Both the position numbers and the translations under genes were made by a program. Shown one piece after another: positions 41,701-46,543 of a stretch of DNA of 46,543 nucleotides. This DNA is from a virus (taxonomy: Duplodnaviria > Caudoviricetes), in the IMG/VR virus record IMGVR_UViG_3300003860_000009, positions 1-46,543 of that record; one strand, given 5' to 3'. The notes beneath the pieces are model-generated. The model did no database searches and was not told the origin of the DNA. It worked only from the letters and a program-made list of their open reading frames with translations. Positions within the stretch are counted from its first letter, which is position 1, and every line of letters begins with the position of its first letter.

Positions 41701-42917
41701 ATCTAGGTGATTCATTGAGTACTCAAACACAATTTGTTTCAATTTATGATCCTAAATTAAAAAGTAAGTATGCTTTATATCAATTTGATACTCAAAATCA
41801 AATATATAAAAAGATACAAGTACTTTCTGGTCGATACGGATTTAGACAATATAATGCTTCTGATAATATTCTAGTGGCTGTTCAACCAGCAATTGAGAAA
41901 GTAATTCCTCAAGTTATAGAACTTGGTGTACCAACTCCAGGAGCTACACAGGACTTATCAGATCTATTCAAAACTACTGAACATACATTTACTCCAGATG
42001 CAGCACATATCAGTTCTCCAATAGAAAAATTAGGAGATATTGATGTAAATGTAAAAGCAAATGGTGAAGTTGCAATCAAAGGTTTATTGAATGGGTTAAT
42101 AGAATCAAAAACTATCAATCCTTATTTGAAATCACTTGCTGAAGCTTATGTTAATTTAAAACTTCCTTCTGAAATAAAATTAGAAATTACTGAAGAAGGT
42201 GGTCAAGGAATGTGGTCTGTTACAAATAACCAATTGAATTTAAATAAAGAGGAGTTAAAAGATACAGATGTAGATACTGTTGCTACAACAGTTTTACATG
42301 AACTTACACATACCTTCACAAGTAAATCTATCAAGCAATGGAGAAAAGATCCTAATTCTGTTTCTGTTGAACAACGAGTAGCTATTAATAAATTGGAAGG
42401 TCTTCGTAAAAAATATGAATCTTATTTGAGAAAAGAAGGTCGTGGAAATGATCTTACTAATTTTACTGTATCGTATAACGCATGGGTAAAGGATAAAACT
42501 AAAAATGCTGATTTCACAGAAAAAGATTTATCTGAATTATATGGAGCTGTTAAATTAGAAGAATTTGTAGCAATGGTTTTAACAGATGTTCAATTTCAAC
42601 ATATTTTAAATAATATTATTGATTCTGATGGTAAAACAGTGTTATCTAAAATATTAGATGAGTTGATAACTATTATGAACTCTTTGTTGAAAACAGTTGG
42701 TGTCGATTTAAAAAATGATAGTTTATTAAGAAATACATTAATTGAAATAAATAATTTAATTACTGTAAATCAAAATATAATTGATACTACAAATACTGAA
42801 TCAAAAGATTCTATTCAGTCAATTATAGAGAATCAAAATATAAATGATAACTTTACAGTTGAAGATAATCTTCCTTCAATAGAAGATCTTGAAGAACTAG
42901 AACGAATTTGTAGATAA
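29790..42917 (+). CDS. Giant virion RNA polymerase polyprotein: ejection-type N-terminus, crAss-like two-barrel RNAP with intein, C-terminal zincin
   Basis: 4375 aa. KRLAG..APG, EGSDAQEY, LQPMKPVY, YIKSSSFPL, FRIPTQGHNSM and catalytic GSDFDVDK (DFDVD at 38607-38621); HELTH...EEFVA near the C-terminus; G/A-rich hydrophobic helices in the first ~400 aa. Confidence 0.92.
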   Translation: MAKVNKPAKLTSLDEIIRLNKIDQAKENEGGGAINKILGPTPEQGISHQSTYKPIAPSETQTMFDEGYISEEVRNSGEFSLDDLHKIAAREQGFADSFMQASQRVALNIVPQIVGGFASMLDIPGYFDAEHGATNSIVNAVADWEEYVNKDIAPIYRENPNKPMDFGDSAWWFENGAGLATSVGSFLAQGMGAGTIVKGAGMLAKASKVGGLAKLGMSAKNIAGVSQGASALLTATMLNQSESTISATQVYNSTMDHWLNEGYSVDHAKKQAATAAATTYNINRANILLNLSSANLFLQPMSLTRQLLKPGSIGSSLMELGKEAGQEGLEEIINTVGEQAGKAHGKGEKYGMKELGDTITSPEAMEAALLGAVGGIVQTGGQKALRHTKFAPSAQIDADGNKVSASQFEKDRYNHQQIFIQNTKDNGVDIAESFTNMKKQVELQKDVQNASKLVKNDENQKKYDESQQKLFMNTFLQAAKYGAVEILENLIKASKSDTDTVGDKGVTDEHIKQGLARLKVLENVYNNYEGYSNLEDIFINRVNDIYNTENLKMTNDQLMTDRIKVDEAAKIIAKKHTHYSDEFVSNDKTKSGLSSRTIKRPMSYSLDSVLEGDENDNLHNDFSTEHGKLNNENEKSFLKELRNTPEYIQYEKTKNELVEYENIKTNEETGLDVQFLHLKSPKAQEEYNKKQENQAQREADKKVILDDKTSIADLEKIASESKDKDIKDAANEAVAEKKVKQAEVIQKKKDDVIYNKHAFNIVKSTDTDELDSIGSDISNSTEISDGLKTRLLQSIERRKHDLENGTNLSDKVVETSNNDLEDIDIADKSTNSGLPTDFNSTEVEKNIINEVEELAKKIIENEQSPLVSEKGGVVWSFGKTTEGHNRGAYQGRNFVQINGKGVVTREEITNELNDVNPDILNPDKLKAGHKIKLVEDFDYDGMVYDSTSNTKGEIKWSDRKKQIANDSETLQNETPIVAIDISTGKKLFYVHDINWMTAENIDSTSEELYNDIQSLKAVRAKVLASGSEGVETKINKKTSGILFKTVDNKSIALSEAMPDEKLIMVIGKDGNYIGTNIENDKIIGSDNIKNGYGYAIVPVGDKFMAVPLERTTLSPEVVETVVQAVKAHFENDDKIVQAIAGSTGDDISTLTGLANYLRKFTYLFPIQGNGSLKQIIANSTKEFDSSNHLLSITGNGIEFAKPNKSGSFRFISKNVLESISNIDETLNKLRIHLSGSLSNIEKVALQKKENISTINENGELTTIPYRDHIKKSHKTNVLSAKIETENGDKYVYTYQQGITFDTTFADVSNVGKIDNNVSEKIEELNIQINKLEELRSITFKRIFGNSLELVETSIRDNTDIVLQTTGVNIYSDFIEPYKVDFANIKKIFNGVNNSYDIELNSYKEELAALKPLISSQVSTEAFIVNKHIQQVSNIESKEDVIIRRKQEELSNLTTGLISGANIIYKQLNENKIYVASKGQYAYYVNRNGTANPPVDFQGEVVAVSNNGYKVKKSDGSISNWINYKTTMDRGATSYNMFSKVKLIEANKTEIQKLKSEITALKAIQSQVSINASVEEIESKAQTIADNINEYSIDRLLEQIKDLEGGHYNEFQENFMTPLTDSEVVDLIAIRKRAIAIRNEQADKPVIPVKRTLSDGEIFEIKEDDVDISDNDLDEYADDLPKVSEGTENALSTELDRLQIRGLLPDQQQSLINYISSTINDEAIKLKNINPKGKLDTTPIFEQKKKALEERAEGYRSSNMPNKAAKIDLILAQFDKVKQLTNEHINLMTTGKVSDTEINDDSIDSEEVSGGSENTTHSDDWTLTTDSKMTASIEVKQFLSFIEIKENGLTKMNDLGFPEVILFDKAYNTLHEILQGLPADYEQLENRMIAYTEFFPWIQTVIEKLDNAPDNVKNGFVSDMTKHAIKMRFVMWTQHPNGSYSLVDQDANSTSIQKQLIAHWSANIKTADNPRSIVTVDKDGNHVFDKEKAELIIKQVEEWKDGIKETTPDIESVKSWLSAFGIILNPRTLKDLQDGKFRNNGKVSYTGLFTQSNGLINVLSGKLKSAVDSKATLEDVKILNDTVIKSLATMNALYESNVFSNSFNAGGKTIYSFTNNKFVVNRVRDLSATDAEGNLVNTKLIEDLQNISFTQHSLWLKDLTSEDKALAIAFREQLGVDYLSLEALKKQFTSSKDNRKLNNLNEDEHEVIKLALFFNNSGTIYDGETRRKVSYFYPTMSDKSSMMIMNSLSNEVSLNVDGSLSAKSLDKLYEALVLPEIQRIVSKQATTINGYNPNAFYFVPTLNTKTVEVGEETKTILEYIKEGRLDEVRGDIQEEVKVLFEKLLADKKADWSRLGIGKIDKDGHSFLSGDYMLNVAKGTKETKINYAASDFLFNSLISNSEAFKLIIGDPAQYSKFKNGKSIEANLEESFINIGKRLAGDIAPGVELANAENNKYYQVFLNDKKLTSKAYDNKIQENLSPEVKAKYGLDKEGKASIEGSDAQEYTTWKEHLYVMKQLGKLTDLQFKRITDRLTQKLGLSFEDLQTVLQPMKPVYVGNQADRNENIDRRIYIKSSSFPLIPQLTKGMEIDKIRIGLENFENSNEHGATVRASFNTANKVGLIKDSVDVFDDNGNVIDGFEVTEKNTLYLERKNFRIQQEVPYNHEKEAINIGTQERKLLFNNILDMKGFKLDGKEHTGESLKEIYDQTYKEMFEYKKKQLSERLGITDSGNIPVTNLRDILVAEVKSRQGYPLNILSSLELNAQGTDFKIPLWASPYADKFESLLTGVINNGIIKQKFNGHSYILGSEEGFKIKKDATEEDFSQSGIVFTDSFDAKKGLQPMRFDSNGKLLPAQIMIPFNFKNKDENGKKLSLKDFVKDGPNGRKTIDLDKIDPKILQLFGFRIPTQGHNSMSTVEIVGFLPEESGDLMLAPRDFTVQMGSDFDVDKMYSYMYNVQLQDGKLITEFEDGSIETLQNKVLDIHHSVLANTDPEMIRFIMQPDSFGEFEKLAADVYGFRKESGKVENTVTILSDSYQRNKYINATAGKDGCLGYGTKVLMFNGKFKEVQDIIIGDQLMGIDSSPRNVLELKRGVEQMYIVKQNKGIDYRVNESHILSLKQTFQAQYHQPQFNKIRTVDKSIMLKPKRIETLNIKVSDYNNSIKNLKKTTKGYKSEGIDFKEEKLSIDPYYIGLWLGDGVTKDIQEIATIDEPIRNYLSNNYGIKSEYGPNNISKRVYPDKLNENFKLIFNVSKPGLLPRGKHIPDCYLYNSKENRLKLLAGLIDSDGHYCKINKQYTFSNINETLINQVAFLTRSLGFYTCIYKTESKISKRGMTEQICYKVNFVAECDIPVLLERKRRLSNSNFKNKLHTGITLEKDIVDNYYGFALDGDHLFMLEDLTITHNTGNFSLDSTFNAIIQGKDLVYYEGESPIKPGTYAELISTNLSKFTFGNITSRGDLSNKYTLKSQALLKRGNLTKEEKLSLKLKSSVIQGLQSSAVDNEKAQILDKLNINSTTFDVIRAMTQLGFEEDEIVGLLTQDIIWEYVSTMKSSNSSLVGFTPDAVEKFKFITEAKYDPNRRMLEESFKKSDYDKESGIELLGKLSTPQLIDSQETLDSNITQLVLLDKFLKLAEVGKAIKSVQSAINTESSGLPKNLLETSSKVEQIHKLGSGPIANASDLLGNYKDKKLIEPTTINGFAAYHGAIFANGIYAKYFPYVNKGFNKQYDELLEHQGASEGSQSKLIDVKISMYKEMKSFFYTKSDLGLYDGNLASEQSRLFIDSANNKSLATILKTLSEKKWFKTNNFLNKLAFNVNQNGLASKVEFMASAGENYDERSIYIGFLKLLDDNASIGSFNGVEYTTRSLAQDLIAYAFLEGGQQGAKQFLKYVPVEYLKGMGFGEGLNSVGFDYEDDFGGNGDVYISPSKFTIQYFQNNPEKAKKIDVSEIKNYDGKIETLDSFRLSNPESNFVSYQNDLGDSLSTQTQFVSIYDPKLKSKYALYQFDTQNQIYKKIQVLSGRYGFRQYNASDNILVAVQPAIEKVIPQVIELGVPTPGATQDLSDLFKTTEHTFTPDAAHISSPIEKLGDIDVNVKANGEVAIKGLLNGLIESKTINPYLKSLAEAYVNLKLPSEIKLEITEEGGQGMWSVTNNQLNLNKEELKDTDVDTVATTVLHELTHTFTSKSIKQWRKDPNSVSVEQRVAINKLEGLRKKYESYLRKEGRGNDLTNFTVSYNAWVKDKTKNADFTEKDLSELYGAVKLEEFVAMVLTDVQFQHILNNIIDSDGKTVLSKILDELITIMNSLLKTVGVDLKNDSLLRNTLIEINNLITVNQNIIDTTNTESKDSIQSIIENQNINDNFTVEDNLPSIEDLEELERICR
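38928..39989 (+). mobile_element. Intein with LAGLIDADG homing endonuclease (354 aa) in the virion RNAP
   Basis: Begins CLGYGTKVLM (block A); VNESHIL (block B); YIGLWLGDG and LLAGLIDSDG (LAGLIDADG motifs); YYGFALDGDHLF (block F); ends THN followed by Thr+1. Removal restores ATAGKDG/TGNFSLD. Confidence 0.95.
42060..42780 (+). other. Zincin-like metallopeptidase domain at the polyprotein C-terminus (boundaries approximate)
   Basis: TVLHELTH (HExxH at 42297-42311) and a downstream EEFVA (42558-42572). Confidence 0.75.
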
Positions 42918-42918
42918 T

Positions 42919-45900
42919 ATGGGAGCGATAAATTGTCCAGTAAAAAATGGTCCAGAATGGCAGAGGTTATTAAAACAAGTTGGTCCTCAAATGGCTAACA
43001 TTGTTTACATCTATCATAAACAAGAATTACCTGAAATAAAAACTTTGACTCAGACTAAAACTGAGTTAAAGTTTAAAAGTAGAGTTGAGGATTTTGCTCC
43101 TATTAGTAGACGAATTAAGAAGTATAATCAAAAAAATAGAACTGCTCATTATTTTACTAAAAATAGAATATATGGTAATACTTTTGAATTAGAATTACAT
43201 CTTATTTATTTACCTGTAAATATTGAAAAACAACGTCAGCGAAAAGAATCTATTAGTAGACACTATAGAGTTGATAACATTGATAAAAAAGCATTTACAG
43301 AACTTTATCCAGATAATAATGTAAAAGATGTTCAAACAAATCCTGTTAGACCAAACAGACCATTTGGTATGGATGGTTCTATGGATAGAAATATTCAAAC
43401 AGTAGATTCTGAAGGAAATGTTGTACATCCAGATAATATTAATGATGAAGATTACTTACCTACTGTAAAACCAGGTGTACAAGATTTATTTGAAAATAAT
43501 AATGAATTATTTTCTATTGGTACACAAAAACAATATTCTGATTATCTTGATACTGTGTTCCCTAATAGTAAAATAAAGGATATTGTTTATCACGGTACTA
43601 ATAATATAGGTTTTGATAATTTTTCAAAAGAATTACTAGGTTCTAATACAAATGCACCATCTGCTAAAAAAGGTTTTTTCTTTGCTGGAAATAAGGATGC
43701 TTCTATGGAATACTTTCAAGAAGGTAAGTCAAGAAACTATAATACTGATGATGAATATTATGATGATTTAATTGGACCTAATCACAAACCATTAAATGAC
43801 ATAGAAAGTATAGATGATCACATGAGTCTTTATTTATCTGAACTACACACGGATTTATTCATGTCTTTAGAAATGGCTAGACGAAAAGGATCTGATCAAA
43901 AAGAAATTGATCGTATTAATAAGTTTTATGCAAATGAAATAAAAAATTATGAGAATGAGATAAAAAATACAAGAATTAAAAATACTAAGATTTATTCTAT
44001 TCTATTGAATAGTTTAAATCCTTCTATTACTGATTATAATTATTCACGTAAAAGAGTACAAACATACGCTTCTATTATTGAGGAAGCTCAAGAAAAAAAT
44101 AAAGATAGTGTAATATTAAAAAATACATACGATCCAGTATTAACTGATATTTATGTAATGTTTGAACCTGAACAAATTCGCATATTAGGTTCAAAAGAAG
44201 ATGTTCGAGGATTCAAAGATTTTGTAAAAAACACTACTGTTTCTACTACAGCAGATGAAGATTTTCTTCTACCAACAGCTAGTAAAAATGTCACACAAGT
44301 TGAAAAACTTAGAAGAAAGAAATTAGAATTGGATTTATCTAAGACTAAAGATACTCTATCTAAGACAACTGATCCGACAACTATTAAAGAACTTCTTGCT
44401 AAAATTGAAGATTTAAAAAGAAAAATTGATGTTAATAATCAGAACATTATAGTTTCTACAAATATCAATACTTTTGAAGATATTCTAATATTTGCAGATA
44501 GTCAATTGAAAGATGTTACTGAACTTTTATCCAAAGATACCATATCAGCAGAGAATATTCTATTTGCTGAAAGAGTACTTAACCTTTGGAGAAAAGCAGG
44601 TGATTTTACTACTAATGAAAATGAACATATTATACTTGATGAGGATGAATTTAATTCTCCTGAAATAGAAGACGCTTTTAGATTGAGAGCTGTCAATGCA
44701 GAAACATTAGAACGTAAATTAAATAAAGTTAGAGAAGAACATATTATTGCTTTTGTTAGACAATATACAAATACTAATATGTCCAAAGAAGATATATTTA
44801 AGTATTTAAAAGATAGTGGTAAATTGAGTAGTCTTGTTTTAAATTTAGGTACTCACGAAGATGCTTTACTTCAAACTATTTATGCAGCAATTGAATCAGC
44901 TAATATAAAGGCTCAGATGGAAGCTCAAACTCATTGGGAAACATTTGATCGACTTACTGATAAAGTGCTCCCTAAGTTAAAATCTATGGGTAATAGTAAT
45001 CCTTGGAGAGCATTTGAACAAACTACTGATTCTGGAAAAGGAACTGGGAAACTTGTACATAGATTTTCTACTGAATTTTTCGAACAAATCAATAAATTAC
45101 GTTATCAAGCATTCTCTAAGAAAGATGCTGTTACTGGAAAAGACAAAATCAATAAAAAAGAAGTTGAAGCTTACTACGATTGGTTAAATAAAAATACGAT
45201 TACTTTTGATGCTCGTAAATTATTTACTGATGAACAATTGAATGCAGGTCATTTCGATGATAAATTTCTATTTACATACAGTACATTCACCGATAATGAC
45301 AAAGCGAACCATATTGCAGAGCTTAAACAACAATTAGGTGAGAAAGGTTATGAATTTTATCATAGTCGTTTAGAGAAGAAATTTGAGAAATTTAAATTAG
45401 ATCGTGAAGTTGCTTGGAGTAATATTGAGGAGAAAGAATTATCTCAAGGAGACAAAGAACAATTATTTATAGATTGGAATAAAGAAAATTCACCATTCTG
45501 GGGATCTGAGCTAATAGAAAATCCTAGTATGCGATTGAAACCAGATGCTAAAAGTTTCTACAAAGCAAATGGTGTTAATAATTATAGTTATCAAGTACCT
45601 AAAAAATTTATTGATAATAAGAAAACTAAATGGTATGATAGTAACTTTGAGAAAATAGAAAATGATTCTGATTTATTGGAGTACTATAATAATATGTTGG
45701 ACACATTAAAACAAATGAAATCTTTTCTTCCAAAAGATAAACAAAGTTTGATGGGTATAACAGATATTCCTAAAATGAAAGCATCATTAGTTGATAATTT
45801 TTCAGAAAAAGGAGTAATGATGGGAATTAAACCATTATGGGATGCTTTTCAGAAAATGAAAACAACTACTGATTTATCGACTATTGAGAATAGAGATGTT

Positions 45901-46543
45901 GATCCGTGGGATGGTCAAGTTGATAAATCAATAAATGTCCAATTTATTGAAGATACTAAACAAAAAGTAAATGCTATTGTTAAAACTGATGTTTTACAGT
46001 ATAGATTGGAAAATAACGGTACTGATCCTTCTACTGAAAAATTAAAAGAATTTAGAGAAAATGCTAGACAAAAATTAAGTCAAGATAATTCATTTGATTT
46101 GACTAAGATAATGAAAGCATATACTTTAATGGCATTAGGATATAAACATAAATCAGTTATTGAATCACATATTAAATTGGTTGAAAAAGCATTTAAAAAT
46201 AAAGAAGAAATAATTACCAATAAAGCAGGTATTCCTAAATTGAATGATTTAGGTGAAGTAGAAACTAAGAAAGATGGATTGGTTAATATGAAATCTCAAT
46301 TAGAACATTATACAAATGCAATGTATTGGGGAACTGGTAGTAGAAAAGTAGAAGGTGTTTCTAAAACTAAAGCATATACTACTGAAGAAAAAGCAAGATT
46401 GAAGGAATTACAATCTTTAATTGAAAAAGCAGTAGAAGAAAAAGATATTCTTCATTTACAAAGTGAAATAGATTCTCTTGGTGGATTTGTTGCTGGAAGT
46501 GCTATTGGTGATATGGTTTTGAAGTTTATGACTTACAGAGGAT
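42919..46543 (+). CDS. Large virion cargo/polyvalent protein, 3'-truncated (>1200 aa), absent from the ORF track
   Basis: ATG 1 nt after the RNAP stop: MGAINCPVKNGPEWQRLLKQVG... No stop found in the parts translated by hand (first ~500 codons and the final line ...AIGDMVLKFMTYRG), and its absence from the ORF track fits an ORF with no stop in the window. Confidence 0.88.
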   Translation, partial: MGAINCPVKNGPEWQRLLKQVGPQMANIVYIYHKQELPEIKTLTQTKTELKFKSRVEDFAPISRRIKKYNQKNRTAHYFTKNRIYGNTFELELHLIYLPVNIEKQRQRKESISRHYRVDNIDKKAFTELYPDNNVKDVQTNPVRPNRPFGMDGSMDRNIQTVDSEGNVVHPDNINDEDYLPTVKPGVQDLFENNNELFSIGTQKQYSDYLDTVFPNSKIKDIVYHGTNNIGFDNFSKELLGSNTNAPSAKKGFFFAGNKDASMEYFQEGKSRNYNTDDEYYDDLIGPNHKPLNDIESIDDHMSLYLSELHTDLFMSLEMARRKGSDQKEIDRINKFYANEIKNYENEIKNTRIKNTKIYSILLNSLNPSITDYNYSRKRVQTYASIIEEAQEKNKDSVILKNTYDPVLTDIYVMFEPEQIRILGSKEDVRGFKDFVKNTTVSTTADEDFLLPTASKNVTQVEKLRRKKLELDLSKTKDTLSKTTDPTTIKELLAKIEDLKRKIDVNNQNIIVSTNINTFEDILIFADSQLKDVTELLSKDTISAENILFAERVLNLWRKAGDFTTNENEHIILDEDEFNSPEIEDAFRLRAVNAETLERKLNKVREEHIIAFVRQYTNTNMSKEDIFKYLKDSGKLSSLVLNLGTHEDALLQTIYAAIESANIKAQMEAQTHWETFDRLTDKVLPKLKSMGNSNPWRAFEQTTDSGKGTGKLVHRFSTEFFEQINKLRYQAFSKKDAVTGKDKINKKEVEAYYDWLNKNTITFDARKLFTDEQLNAGHFDDKFLFTYSTFTDNDKANHIAELKQQLGEKGYEFYHSRLEKKFEKFKLDREVAWSNIEEKELSQGDKEQLFIDWNKENSPFWGSELIENPSMRLKPDAKSFYKANGVNNYSYQVPKKFIDNKKTKWYDSNFEKIENDSDLLEYYNNMLDTLKQMKSFLPKDKQSLMGITDIPKMKASLVDNFSEKGVMMGIKPLWDAFQKMKTTTDLSTIENRDVDPWDGQVDKSINVQFIEDTKQKVNAIVKTDVLQYRLENNGTDPSTEKLKEFRENARQKLSQDNSFDLTKIMKAYTLMALGYKHKSVIESHIKLVEKAFKNKEEIITNKAGIPKLNDLGEVETKKDGLVNMKSQLEHYTNAMYWGTGSRKVEGVSKTKAYTTEEKARLKELQSLIEKAVEEKDILHLQSEIDSLGGFVAGSAIGDMVLKFMTYRG
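43465..44229 (+). other. ADP-ribosyltransferase-like (ART-PolyVal-type) domain inside the terminal ORF
   Basis: VKPGVQDLF...QYSDYLDTVFPNSKIKDIVYHGT...FDNF.....G......KGFFFA...IYSILLNSLNP...KDSVILKN....DIYVMFEPEQIRILGSKEDVRGFKDFV. Confidence 0.72.

Noticed and set aside
2485-44786. All short minus-strand ORFs and nested alternate-frame plus-strand ORFs in the track (e.g. 4238-4627, 3110-3319, 11847-12059, 27300-27503, 44502-44786)
   Set aside because: They lie almost entirely within long, well-supported + strand genes, have shadow-like composition (F/L/S/I-rich) and show no recognisable motifs
1-46543. Stop-codon reassignment (TAG or TGA recoding), known in some crAss-like phages
   Set aside because: Genes up to 4375 aa are intact in the standard code and tile the window densely; TAG (4014, 19662) and TGA (17569, 17766) occur at plausible gene ends
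1-46543. CRISPR array, tRNA genes or group I/II introns
   Set aside because: Intergenic gaps are all about 110 nt or less and are accounted for by terminators and promoters; no spaced repeats, cloverleafs or interrupted ORFs were seen

Overview
AT-rich phage DNA with all genes on the + strand. It is the structural and virion-cargo module of a crAss-like (Crassvirales-type) podophage infecting Bacteroidota, read in the standard genetic code. Gene order: terminase large subunit (truncated at the left edge), portal, scaffold-like protein, major capsid protein, conserved capsid-module gene, ring protein, auxiliary capsid protein, fibre/hub genes, permuted NlpC/P60 enzyme, lysis cassette with an M15 endolysin, ring protein, IHF-like gene, ring protein with a fused FN3 domain, muzzle/tail-stabilisation protein, two cargo proteins, and a 4375-aa virion RNA polymerase polyprotein (DFDVD active site, a 354-aa LAGLIDADG intein, a C-terminal zincin HExxH domain). 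The last gene is a >1200-aa ORF missing from the ORF track; it runs off the right edge and carries an ADP-ribosyltransferase-like cassette. Intergenic gaps repeatedly contain the Bacteroidota -7 promoter element TAnnTTTG, and three intrinsic terminators are visible. The most interesting signal is a candidate modular, virion-delivered payload system: effector-like cassettes in the ejected proteins, bounded by recurring acidic-Leu-Pro or coiled-coil linker motifs, next to a zincin protease. Family assignments come from motif recognition and synteny by eye; no database search was run.
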